The translations under genes and the position numbers were made by a program. A model generated the notes under the pieces. That model saw only the letters and a list, made by a program, of their open reading frames with translations, had not been told where the DNA came from and did no database searches. Below are positions 14,162-22,823 of a stretch of 64,000 bases of DNA, piece by piece. Positions within the stretch are counted from its first letter, which is position 1. The number at the start of each line of letters is the position of its first letter. The stretch comes from Thermoanaerobaculia bacterium (lineage in GTDB: Bacteria; Acidobacteriota; Thermoanaerobaculia; UBA5066; Gp7-AA6), in assembly GCA_038229875.1 (NCBI GenBank), contig JBBROA010000003.1, positions 1,465-65,464 on the forward strand, read 5' to 3'.

Positions 14162-15196
14162 ATGGCGCACGACGTTTTCATCAGTTACGCGACGAGCGAC
14201 AAGCCCGTCGCGGACGCCGTCTGCGCGGGTCTCGAGGCCCGCGGCCTCCGCTGCTGGATCGCTCCGCGCGACATTCTGCCCGGCCTCGACTGGGGCGCCG
14301 CCCTCATCGACGCGATCACCGAGTGCAAGGCGATGGTGCTCGTGTTCTCCGCCAGCGCGAACTCCTCGAAGCAGATCAAGCGCGAGGTCGAGCGCGCGGT
14401 CGCGAAGGGCGTCACGATCATCCCGCTGCGGATCGAGGACGTGCCGCTCGGGAAAACCCTCGAGTACTTCATCAGCACGCCGCACTGGATGGATGCGCTC
14501 TCGCGTCCCCTCGAGCCGCACATCGACCGCCTCGCGCAGACGATCCGCTCCCTTCTCGCACGGCCGAGCCGCTCGACCGGCGGCGTCGCCGTGCCGAATC
14601 CCGCGGAGGCTCCCGCGATCCCGCCGCCGCGGATCCCACCTCCGCCGCCGCCCGCCCGGCCCACTTCGCCGCCCGCAAGACCTTCCGGCGCCGCCGCGAC
14701 CCCGGCCGCTCCCGCGGGGAAACTCCGGCCCGCGCATCTGCTCGCCGGAGCCGCGGTCCTCCTCGGGCTGCTCGTCGTGTTCGGGCTGTTCCATTCGTCC
14801 GCGCCGCAGATCGTCTCGCTCCAGTTCCCGTCGCAGATCTTCGCGAACAACCAGCCCGCGCAGGGGGTGATCCTCTTCAAGACCAGCAAGGCGGATCTCG
14901 CCGCCGCCCGTTTCGACGTCGTCCAGGCCGCGAACTTTCCGCCGATCTCTTTTCCGTTGCGCTCCGTCGGCCAGAAGGAAGGGTCCGTCGGGTTCTTCCT
15001 TCAGACCTCGGTGCCTCAGCACGTGGTCCTGCAGGCGGTGCTGATCGATCGCGCCGGCCGCGAGAGCCGTCCCGTGAAATTCGCGTTCGACGTCGCACCG
15101 GCGCCCGTGAACGCACCGGCGGCCCGGCGCAAGTACGGCCCGCGCGGGATCGAGATCCAGGCGCCGAACGGATTTCGTTTTCGACTGCCCAGATAG
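14162..15196 (+). CDS. TIR-domain protein with Pro-rich linker, one TM helix and C-terminal extracytoplasmic domain
   Basis: Track ORF 13967..15196 trimmed to MAHDVFISYATSDKPVADAV...RCWIAPRDI...MVLVFSASANSSKQIKREVERA; TM LLAGAAVLLGLLVVFGLF. Confidence 0.8.
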   Translation: MAHDVFISYATSDKPVADAVCAGLEARGLRCWIAPRDILPGLDWGAALIDAITECKAMVLVFSASANSSKQIKREVERAVAKGVTIIPLRIEDVPLGKTLEYFISTPHWMDALSRPLEPHIDRLAQTIRSLLARPSRSTGGVAVPNPAEAPAIPPPRIPPPPPPARPTSPPARPSGAAATPAAPAGKLRPAHLLAGAAVLLGLLVVFGLFHSSAPQIVSLQFPSQIFANNQPAQGVILFKTSKADLAAARFDVVQAANFPPISFPLRSVGQKEGSVGFFLQTSVPQHVVLQAVLIDRAGRESRPVKFAFDVAPAPVNAPAARRKYGPRGIEIQAPNGFRFRLPR

Positions 15197-15222
15197 CGCG
15201 CACGACTCGAGAGGAGGCTCGC

Positions 15223-15507
15223 CTGGATTATCGGCCCGCTCCCCGGGACACCTCGTCGGTCTCGCTTCCCGCGGGGATCTCGGACTTGACCGAGCTTCTC
15301 GCGAAGAACACGCATGAGAACTGGGCCCGGCAGCGCATGAGCGACGGATGGAAGTACGGGCCGCGCCGCGACGACGCGAAGAAGGAGCACCCGAGCCTCG
15401 TGCCGTACGAGAAGCTGTCGGACTCCGAGAAGGAATACGACCGGCGCACCGCGATCGAGACGATCAAGACGATCCTCGCGCTCGGGTATCGGATCGAGAA
15501 GCCGTGA
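15223..15507 (+). CDS. RyR (ryanodine-receptor repeat) domain-only small protein; start uncertain (CTG 15223 after GAGGAGG, or TTG 15286)
   Basis: C-terminal part of track ORF 14323..15507: LAKNTHENWARQRMSDGWKYGPRRDDAKKEHPSLVPYEKLSDSEKEYDRRTAIETIKTILALGY. Confidence 0.65.
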   Translation: MDYRPAPRDTSSVSLPAGISDLTELLAKNTHENWARQRMSDGWKYGPRRDDAKKEHPSLVPYEKLSDSEKEYDRRTAIETIKTILALGYRIEKP

Positions 15508-16604
15508 GCCGTCCGCAGGACGAACTGCACGACGAGGAGACGGACCTCGCCGACCCCGGGCCGCTCGGGGAGTTCCTGCGGCTGTGCCGCGACCACCTGA
15601 CGAAACCGTTCCGCCACGCGGACCGCGAGGCGATCGAAAGCCAGCGATGGCACCGGCGCGTCACGGGGAGCGCGGCCGTGCTGGGCGGCTTCTCGCTGGT
15701 TCTCGCGGCCGTCAACATCGCGATGCCGTTGCTGTTCGGTCCGCCGGGAATCCTTGCGGAAGCGGTGCTCGCCGTTCTCGCGACGATCCTCGTGTTCACC
15801 GGAATTCTTCGAGGCTGGCACGGCGACTGGCTCCTGCGGCGCTTCCAGGCCGAGCAGCTGCGCCTTGCGAAGTTTCGATTTCTCGTCAACCCGGACTTCT
15901 GGTGCGAGGGCGCGGCCGCGGCGCCGGGACCCCGCGATCGCTTTCTCCGCGAGATCGAGCGCATCGAGGCCCTGCAGGAGGAGGATCTCGCGTCGGTCGC
16001 CGCAGACGAGAACGTTCCGACGCTTCCGTCCGGGGCCGCGTGCGGCAGCATCCCGGACGCGCTGAGACTCGAGATCCTCGCGTATTACCGCCGCCAGCGG
16101 CTGGCCGCGCAGATCGCGTATTTTTCGGCGACCGGGCGGCGCAAGCGGCGGTGGTATCAGAGCCCCGCGCTTCTGCCGGGCGTCTTCTTCGTCAGCGTCC
16201 TCTGCGTCGCGCTGCACGCGTGGGCCCACCGCGTCTCGCACTCGCACCGCGGGGAATCGGCGACGGTGACGGCGGCGACGGCTAAGACGAGCGAGAGCGC
16301 GGCGCCCGCAGAATCGCGCTTCCCGCAGGGCGTCGAGGGACTCGGCGCGCTGGCGCTCGCGCTTTCTCTCGGGCTGCCGGGCGGGTGGGCAGCGGTCCGG
16401 ACCTGGCGCACCGCAAACGAATTCGGCCGGAACCGGACGCGGTCCCTGGCGCGGTTTCATTCGCTGTCGAAAGTCGCGGACCGGCTTCGGGCGCAAGCGC
16501 CGGCGGAGGATGTGTTTTCGGACCTGGGGCTCTGCGAGCACATCCTCGCGGCGGACCAGGGGGAGTGGCTGCGTCTGATGCTGGAGGCGGAGTGGTATGG
16601 GTAG
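15504..16604 (+). CDS. tandem SLATT-like 4-TM membrane protein
   Basis: GTG 15504 overlaps the TGA of the RyR gene (GTGA); two repeats of helix + 2 TM + W..R..AE.LR helix (YYRRQRLAAQIAYF; ANEFGRNRTRSLARFHSL). Confidence 0.65.
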   Translation: MSRPQDELHDEETDLADPGPLGEFLRLCRDHLTKPFRHADREAIESQRWHRRVTGSAAVLGGFSLVLAAVNIAMPLLFGPPGILAEAVLAVLATILVFTGILRGWHGDWLLRRFQAEQLRLAKFRFLVNPDFWCEGAAAAPGPRDRFLREIERIEALQEEDLASVAADENVPTLPSGAACGSIPDALRLEILAYYRRQRLAAQIAYFSATGRRKRRWYQSPALLPGVFFVSVLCVALHAWAHRVSHSHRGESATVTAATAKTSESAAPAESRFPQGVEGLGALALALSLGLPGGWAAVRTWRTANEFGRNRTRSLARFHSLSKVADRLRAQAPAEDVFSDLGLCEHILAADQGEWLRLMLEAEWYG

Positions 16605-16711
16605 GCCGTCGCCTTCGCTCAATGCGGGAGCTGCCACCACCTCGAGCCAACATCCGTCGCGGGGAGAGGATCCGTTATGCCGACCCTGATTTGACGGGAT
16701 TCCTAACGAAT

Positions 16712-16743
16712 TTGACTCAAACGAACGTTCGTGCTTTTATAGT
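16712..16743 (+). promoter_or_regulatory. candidate TetR promoter and operator
   Basis: TTGACT-N17-TTTTAT with perfect 12-bp palindrome ACGAACGTTCGT (16721-16732) in the spacer; ATG at 16748 implies a very short or absent leader. Confidence 0.4.
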
Positions 16744-16747
16744 TGCC

Positions 16748-17350
16748 ATGAGGAAAGGCGATCGCACTCGCGAAACCATCCTGGACGTCGCGGTTCGGCT
16801 GGCGAGCGAAGTCGGCCTTTCCGGGCTCTCGATCGGCCGGCTGGCCACGGAACTCTCCATGTCCAAAAGCGGGCTTTTCGCGCACTTTCACTCCAAGGAA
16901 GCGCTACAGGCGCAGACGCTCGGGCACGCTTCCGAGCTCTTCATCGAGATCGTCGTTCGGCCGGCGCTCGCGGCACGGCGCGGCGAGCCGCGGCTTCGCG
17001 CTCTCTTCGACCGCTGGCTCGAGTGGACCCGGACCGCCGAGCTCCCCGGCGGCTGCCTGTTCGTGACCGCGGCGGTCGAGTTCGACGACCGGCCCGGTCC
17101 CGTGCGCGACGGCCTCGTCGCTCTTCAGAAGGAGTGGCTCGAAGTGATCGCCCGGGTGGCCCGCACCGGGATCGCGGAAGGTCACTTCGCGGAGGGACTC
17201 GACGCCGAGCAGCTCGCGCACGATCTCTACGCCGTGATGCTGGGTTATCACCACGCCTCGCGGCTCATTCGCGATCCGCGCGCGGCGGATCGCGCTCGTT
17301 CGGGATTCGAGACGCTCCTGGCCGCGGCGCGCGTCCGGCGGACCGCATGA
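16748..17350 (+). CDS. TetR/AcrR family transcriptional regulator
   Basis: TRETILDVAVRLASEVGLSGLSIGRLATELSMSKSGLFAHFHSKEALQ helix-turn-helix. Confidence 0.85.
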   Translation: MRKGDRTRETILDVAVRLASEVGLSGLSIGRLATELSMSKSGLFAHFHSKEALQAQTLGHASELFIEIVVRPALAARRGEPRLRALFDRWLEWTRTAELPGGCLFVTAAVEFDDRPGPVRDGLVALQKEWLEVIARVARTGIAEGHFAEGLDAEQLAHDLYAVMLGYHHASRLIRDPRAADRARSGFETLLAAARVRRTA

Positions 17351-18237
17351 CGGCTTCTCGCGTCCGCCGCGATCGCGCCGCCCCGCCCGCGGGGCGCCGG
17401 CTGAAACTGCTGCGCCTCGGGATGAGGACGCTCGGGGTCCTCGCGCCCCCTCTCGCCGCGCGGGCCGCCGAGGTTCTCTTTCGGCGTCCTCCCGGCCACG
17501 CGGCCTGGGACGGAGAGCACACGATTCTCGATCGAGGCCGGCCAGCCTCCTTCCGTGTCCGAGGCCGCGCCGTCGCCGCATGGACGTGGGGCGCCGGACC
17601 CGCGGTCCTGCTCGTCCACGGCTGGGGCAGCCGGGGTGCGCGGCTCGGATCCTTCGTTTCTCCCCTGATGGAAGCCGGATTCTCGGTCGTCACGTTCGAC
17701 GCGCCGGGGCACGGCGCGACGGGAGGGCGGCTATCCTCCCTGCCCGAATTCCTGTTCTCGATCGAGGCGGCTCACGCTGCCTACGGCCCGTTTGCCGGGA
17801 TCATCGGCCACTCGCTCGGCGGCGCCGCATCGACACTCGCTCTCGCGCGCGGAGTGGAGGCCGACAGAGTGGTGTTCCTTGCACCCGCCGCGGACCCGGC
17901 GGGCTTCGCGCGGAAATTCGCCGAGATCGCCGGCGTCGCTCCACGGGTGCGCGAGCGGATGGAAGCCCGACTCGTGCGGGAGTTCGGCATGACCTGGGCG
18001 GAGTTCGACGTGCTCGCCGCGGCGCGCCGGGTGACTTCTCCCCTCCTAGTTTTTCACGACGAGGACGACCGGGACGTGCCTTTCGGAGACGGAGCCGCGA
18101 TCGCTGCCGCCTGGAAAAACGGCGCGATCGTCCCGACCCGGGGACTCGGCCACCGCCGAATCGTCCACGACGCGTCGGTGGTCCGAGGAGCGGTCGAGTT
18201 CCTGACGTCCCGAGCGGCCGCCGCCCGCAGCGGCTGA
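17347..18237 (+). CDS. alpha/beta hydrolase
   Basis: ATGA overlap with the TetR stop; LLVHGWGSRG, GHSLGG nucleophile elbow, HRRIVHD. Confidence 0.8.
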   Translation: MTASRVRRDRAAPPAGRRLKLLRLGMRTLGVLAPPLAARAAEVLFRRPPGHAAWDGEHTILDRGRPASFRVRGRAVAAWTWGAGPAVLLVHGWGSRGARLGSFVSPLMEAGFSVVTFDAPGHGATGGRLSSLPEFLFSIEAAHAAYGPFAGIIGHSLGGAASTLALARGVEADRVVFLAPAADPAGFARKFAEIAGVAPRVRERMEARLVREFGMTWAEFDVLAAARRVTSPLLVFHDEDDRDVPFGDGAAIAAAWKNGAIVPTRGLGHRRIVHDASVVRGAVEFLTSRAAAARSG

Positions 18238-18286
18238 GCGGCTGACCGGCTGACCGCTGATCGGCTGATCGGCTGATCAGCTGACC
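18232..18286. repeat. tandem octamer array (GGCTGAYC x7) with embedded palindrome GCTGATCAGC
   Basis: Read directly: GGCTGAGC GGCTGACC GGCTGACC GCTGATC GGCTGATC GGCTGATC AGCTGACC, between convergent genes. Confidence 0.7.
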
Positions 18287-18300
18287 GGCCGAAAGAGGCC

Positions 18301-18896
18301 TCAAGCCTGCGGATCTTCGAGAACGGCGGCGGCCTTGCGCAGACTGGAGACGAGCGACGCGTCCACTCCGGCATTCAACGCCTCGCCCAGCGTGAACCAG
18401 GCGAGCCCGCTCACTTCCGTCGGCTCGGCCGCGCCCGCGTCTCCCTGGAAGATCACCAGATAGCGCACGTCGAAATGAAAGTGCGCGGGCTCGGAGCCGC
18501 GCGCCGGAATCGGATGGACGTCGACGTCGAGCGCGCGCCCGCCGTTGGCGGGGACCAGGTCTCGCGCGCCTGTTTCCTCGCGGACCTCGCGAAGGGCCGT
18601 CTCGAGAACATCGCGTCTTCCGGATCGGAGTGGCCACCGGGCTGCAGCCAGCGGTCGAGCTTGCGGTGATGGATCAGGAGGAACGCGGAGCCGTCCGGCC
18701 GTGCAACGATCGCGCTGCCGGTGACGTGACCCGCGGCGTTGTGGCGTGCGAAGGGATCGGCCGAGGTGGCGACGAACTCGCGGATTCGCTCGAGCGAGTC
18801 GGACTCCCGCGCGTCGCCGGGGATGTGGGAGCGCAGCTCATCGAGGAGTCGGTCGGCTCGGGGGGACGGATGATACGGACCATTCTGCCGAACCAT
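18301..18896 (-). pseudogene. Nudix hydrolase with apparent frameshift inside the Nudix box
   Basis: MVRQNGPYH...LQPGGHSDPED in one frame; DVLETALREVREETG...VLEDPQA* continues in another frame to TGA at 18301; 596 nt is not divisible by 3; shift near 18605-18620. Confidence 0.6.
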
Positions 18897-19033
18897 CGAA
18901 CAACCGTATCGCGCCTTCGGATGAATCACGGTTGCGGTTCGAACGCTCCGACTTCCCTGCGGCCCCTCACCCGACCCACTCCCGAGCGCGGGAGAAGCGA
19001 GCGGAGGGAGCGGAAGGGAGAGAGGGCGGCCTG

Positions 19034-19375
19034 CTATTTCTTCTTGCCGCGCGAGAACTTCCGGGTGGCCGTCTTCCTGCCGCTCGATGAGCTCTTCGCG
19101 GCCGCCGTCGATTTTTTCCGGCGGATCGGGGACTTGCGGCTCTTCGCCGTCGCCTTGCCGCCCTTGCGGCCGCCCTTTTTCGAGGAGCTCGTGTCGGTCT
19201 TCTTCCCGCGGCCCGAGCCGCTCTTCTTGCCGCCGCCGGTCTCTTTGTTCACGGTCGCCCAGGCCCGGCTCTCCGCCTCTTCCTTCGGCGTGCCCCGGTC
19301 CTCGTAGCCTTCCTCGATGTGCTCCACCTGACGCTTCTGCTTGTCCGTGTAGCTCGACTTGTCGCCTCTTGCCAC
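19034..19375 (-). CDS. small lysine-rich basic protein with conserved GDKSSYTDKQKRQ..HIEEGYE N-terminus
   Basis: ORF track 113 aa; the N-terminal 45 aa resembles a widespread small stress/plasmid-stabilisation-annotated family (from memory). Confidence 0.6.
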   Translation of the reverse strand: MARGDKSSYTDKQKRQVEHIEEGYEDRGTPKEEAESRAWATVNKETGGGKKSGSGRGKKTDTSSSKKGGRKGGKATAKSRKSPIRRKKSTAAAKSSSSGRKTATRKFSRGKKK

Positions 19376-19544
19376 GATTCACCTCCGGAACGACGGGGCT
19401 GCAACGGGTATGCCGGGCGGCGCGTTTTTGCGAGACGGAAGTCCTGTTTCGGCCGTAAAGAAGGGCGCCGGCCCGCGAACATTCGTCCGGGGGCTGCGTA
19501 TTTGACGATGCCCCCCGGCAAATTCAAACAAGTCAGAGGAAGTC

Positions 19545-20771
19545 ATGACCAGGAAGAAAAAGCGGTTTATGTGGGCCGGCGCCATCGCCGTTCTGCTCGC
19601 GGCGGCAGGCATCATCGCCGCCCGCGGGCGCGATAAGGCCGATCCCAAGGCTCAGAGCAGCCCGTTCCGGCTCGGGAAGGTCCAGGCGGAGGACCTCCAG
19701 GTGAGCGTCCGAGAGGTCGGCGTCGTCGATCCCGAGACGAAGGTGGACGTCAAATCGGCGGTGTCCGGACGCGTCATCTCCCTTCGCGTGCGCGACGGCG
19801 CGGTCGTCAAGGCCGGCGACATGCTCGCCGAGATCGAGCCCGACGTGAACCAGGCGCAATCGCTCTCCGATACGCAGGCCGGCCTGACCTCCGCGGAGCT
19901 CAAGCTGAAAGACGCCGACCGCCAGTTCGCGAGCCAGAAAGCGCTTTACGAGCAGGGTCTGCTCGGGAAGGACGGCTTCAAGGAAGTCTCCAACCTTCAT
20001 GAGCAGGCCGTCGAGACGCTGCGCGCCGCCCGGATGCGGTACCAGATCGTCGAAGACCGCGGGATTCCGATCTCCGGCAACGCCGCGTCGCAGAAGGCGC
20101 GCGTGACCGCGCCGATGAGCGGCGTGGTCATCAAGAAAGGCGTCGAGCTCGGCGAGACCGTGACGTCCGGCGTTTCCTCCTTCAACGCGGGCACGGTCCT
20201 CTTCACCGTGGCGGACCTGAAGTCCCTGCTCATCCGGGTGAACCTGAACGAGGTGGACATCGCCAAGGTGCACGTCGGACAGCCCGTCCGGATCACCCTC
20301 GACGCCTATCCGCAGAAAGTCTTCACGGGGAAGGTGCGGTTCGTCGCGCCCGCCGCCAAGCTCGTCGAGAAGATCAAGGTCTTCGAGGTCGAGGTCGCGC
20401 TCGACGAGCTCGGCGATTCCTTCAAAACCGGGATGAGCGCGAACGTCGAGATCCTCGGCGAGAAGCGCGACAAGGCCGTTTCGATCCCGCTCGAAGCGCT
20501 TCAGAAGAGAGACGGCAAGACGGTCGTCTATCGCCTGAAGCCCGCGCTGAAACCGCAGCAGCTCGCCGCCGCCAAAGATGCCCTGAGCGGCCGCAACAAG
20601 TTCATCTGGCTTTCGGATCACTGGAAAGAGTATTTCGATGCGGTCCCCGTCTCCGCCGGGATCGCGACACTGGAGCGCGTCGAAGTGCTGGCGGGCGTCA
20701 AGGCCGGCCAGCAGGTCGCGCTCGAAGACCCCTCGAAGAAGAAGGTGGAGAAGGACGACGATAACGACTGA
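19545..20771 (+). CDS. efflux transporter periplasmic adaptor (HlyD/MacA-like)
   Basis: Signal anchor, VSGRVISLRVRDGAVVKAGDMLAEIEPD lipoyl-like motif, coiled-coil region. Confidence 0.85.
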   Translation: MTRKKKRFMWAGAIAVLLAAAGIIAARGRDKADPKAQSSPFRLGKVQAEDLQVSVREVGVVDPETKVDVKSAVSGRVISLRVRDGAVVKAGDMLAEIEPDVNQAQSLSDTQAGLTSAELKLKDADRQFASQKALYEQGLLGKDGFKEVSNLHEQAVETLRAARMRYQIVEDRGIPISGNAASQKARVTAPMSGVVIKKGVELGETVTSGVSSFNAGTVLFTVADLKSLLIRVNLNEVDIAKVHVGQPVRITLDAYPQKVFTGKVRFVAPAAKLVEKIKVFEVEVALDELGDSFKTGMSANVEILGEKRDKAVSIPLEALQKRDGKTVVYRLKPALKPQQLAAAKDALSGRNKFIWLSDHWKEYFDAVPVSAGIATLERVEVLAGVKAGQQVALEDPSKKKVEKDDDND

Positions 20772-20881
20772 TTCGGCTGGCAGCTGGCCGCTGTCACTGT
20801 CAGTTCTCAGCTCTGAGTCCGCCCGCCGAGCCGGTCCGCGCCGGCGCGTCAGGTAAGTCCCGGAAGCGCGCGAGGAAACCC

Positions 20882-21568
20882 ATGCAGCCCATCATCCAGA
20901 CATCGAACCTGACCAAGACCTACGGCACCAATGGCGCCGCGGTCCATGCGCTCCGCGGCATCGACCTCGAGGTCGGCCGCGGCGAGTTCGTCGCGCTGAT
21001 CGGTCCCTCCGGGTCGGGCAAGTCGACGCTCATGGCGATTCTCGGCTGCCTGGACCTGCCGACCTCCGGAACGTACGCGCTCGACGGACGGCGCGTCGAG
21101 GGTCTCTCAGGAATCGAGCTCGCGCAGCTGCGCAACGAGAAGATCGGGTTCGTCTTCCAGCAGTACAACCTGCTGCCGAAGGCGTCCGTGCGCCGCAACG
21201 TCGAGCTGCCGATGCTCTACGCGGGTATTCCGCGCAAGGAGCGCCGGGAGCGGGCGATGCAGCTGCTCGAGAAGGTCGGGATCGGTGAGAAGTCCGAGCG
21301 GCTGCCTGCGGTGCTCTCCGGCGGACAGCGCCAGCGCGTTGCCGTTGCGCGGGCGCTCGCGAACCACCCCGCGCTTCTTCTCGCCGACGAGCCCACGGGC
21401 GCGCTCGATTCTAAGACGGGACACGAAGTCCTCGAGCTCTTTTCCGAGCTGCACGGGCAGGGGAACACGATCATCATCGTCACCCACGACCTCGCCATCG
21501 CGAAGATGGCCAGCCGGCAGGTCGAGATCCACGACGGCCTGATCGCCACGGCCGAGCAGGTCGCGTAG
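20882..21568 (+). CDS. ABC transporter ATP-binding protein (MacB/LolD type)
   Basis: GPSGSGKST Walker A, LSGGQRQRVAVARAL signature, LLLADEPTGALD Walker B. Confidence 0.95.
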   Translation: MQPIIQTSNLTKTYGTNGAAVHALRGIDLEVGRGEFVALIGPSGSGKSTLMAILGCLDLPTSGTYALDGRRVEGLSGIELAQLRNEKIGFVFQQYNLLPKASVRRNVELPMLYAGIPRKERRERAMQLLEKVGIGEKSERLPAVLSGGQRQRVAVARALANHPALLLADEPTGALDSKTGHEVLELFSELHGQGNTIIIVTHDLAIAKMASRQVEIHDGLIATAEQVA

Positions 21569-21575
21569 GAGCATC

Positions 21576-22823
21576 GTGGCCACCGGAAAACTCGTCGAGC
21601 GGGTCCGCAACGCCTGGGCGGAGATGCGCGAAAACCTCGGGCGCTCGACCCTGCAGTCGCTCGGCGTGATGCTCGGCGTCGCATCCGTGCTCGGCGGTTT
21701 TTCGATCACCGACAGCATGCGGCAGCGGTCGAAGCAGCTCTACATCCGCATGGGAGGGCTCGACAAGTTAAACGTCCAGCCGTCCGCCGTCATCAAGGAA
21801 GGCAGCCCGACCGCGCTCCAGATGGCGAACCTCGGGTTGCGCAACGCGGATGCGGACCAGGGGCGGGACCTCGACTCCAAAGCGGTCAGCGGCGTCGCCG
21901 TGCAGAAGTTCGCGCGCGCCCGGGTCCGCTCGGCGTACGCGGACCAGGAGCGGGACATTCGCGGGATCGGCGGGGACTTTCTCGCCACGGACGGGTACGA
22001 AGTCGGCCGCGGCCGCGATTTCACCGCGGAGGACTACGCGGCCGGCGCGCCGGTCGCCATCCTCGGCACAGAAGCCTTGAACGTGTTCTTTCCCAACGGA
22101 GACGCGATCGGGAAAACAATCCGCATCGGCGACGTTCCCGTCACGGTGGTCGGCGTACTCCGGGAGCGGGTCTTCCATTTTCGCAAGTCGAACCGCAACA
22201 TGTTCCGCCGGCGCAATCGGATCATCGCCGTGCCGACGAGCCTCGTGACGCGGCGTTTCGAAGGGGACCAGTACCGTCGCGCCGACCGTGTGACGTTCCG
22301 GATCCGCGACTTCGACGCGATGGCGATGTTCTCGAAGAGCCTCGGCTCGATGCTCAAGGCGAACCACCGGCAGCAGGACGATTTTCGCCTCGACGATGTC
22401 GCGGCGCGGGTGAAGAAGGAACAGAGCCAGAGCGACGCTTACAACATCATCTTCATGCTGTCGGGCGTGCTGTCGCTGATCGGCGGCGGCATGGTCAACG
22501 TGAACATCCAGATGGCGACGCTCAAGGAGCGCATCCGGGAGGTCGGCGTCAAGATGGCGATCGGCGCCTCGGGCCGCGAGGTGTTCAAGGGCTTCATGGT
22601 CGAGGCCCTGCTCTTGACCGGCGCCGGGTCGCTCGTCGGGCTCGTCATGGGAGTAGGGTTCTCGAAGATCATCACCTACTCGATCGGCGTGCCGCTCCAC
22701 ATGGATGCGAAGAGCTTCCTCGCCGCGTATGTCATGGCCGCCGTTTTCGGGTTCGTCTTCGCCCTGTTCCCGGCGCTCAAGGCGAGCCGCCTGTCTCCGA
22801 TGGAAGCTCTTCGCTATGAGTAG
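21576..22823 (+). CDS. ABC transporter permease (FtsX/MacB-like)
   Basis: GTG start; N-terminal TM, large periplasmic domain, C-terminal FtsX-type helices ending SRLSPMEALRYE. Confidence 0.85.
   Translation: MATGKLVERVRNAWAEMRENLGRSTLQSLGVMLGVASVLGGFSITDSMRQRSKQLYIRMGGLDKLNVQPSAVIKEGSPTALQMANLGLRNADADQGRDLDSKAVSGVAVQKFARARVRSAYADQERDIRGIGGDFLATDGYEVGRGRDFTAEDYAAGAPVAILGTEALNVFFPNGDAIGKTIRIGDVPVTVVGVLRERVFHFRKSNRNMFRRRNRIIAVPTSLVTRRFEGDQYRRADRVTFRIRDFDAMAMFSKSLGSMLKANHRQQDDFRLDDVAARVKKEQSQSDAYNIIFMLSGVLSLIGGGMVNVNIQMATLKERIREVGVKMAIGASGREVFKGFMVEALLLTGAGSLVGLVMGVGFSKIITYSIGVPLHMDAKSFLAAYVMAAVFGFVFALFPALKASRLSPMEALRYE

Noticed and set aside
11264-14181. Full-length track versions of the imuB (881 aa) and imuA (403 aa) ORFs
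   Set aside because: The N-terminal extensions are Arg/Pro-rich read-through over the upstream gene. Conserved ImuB and ImuA sequence begins at ATG 12973 and ATG 13899, with an ATGA overlap.
16721-16732. ACGAACGTTCGT as a Gram-positive-type LexA (Cheo) box
   Set aside because: A Cheo box is GAAC-N4-GTTC, whereas here the half sites abut (N0). The position fits a TetR autoregulatory operator better.
18453-19382. 309-aa ORF spanning the Nudix 5' half and the basic-protein gene region
   Set aside because: It is a composite. The upstream part is an Arg/Glu-rich out-of-frame read over the lysine-rich protein gene, which lies on the same strand. Only the segment from ATG 18896 looks like Nudix sequence.
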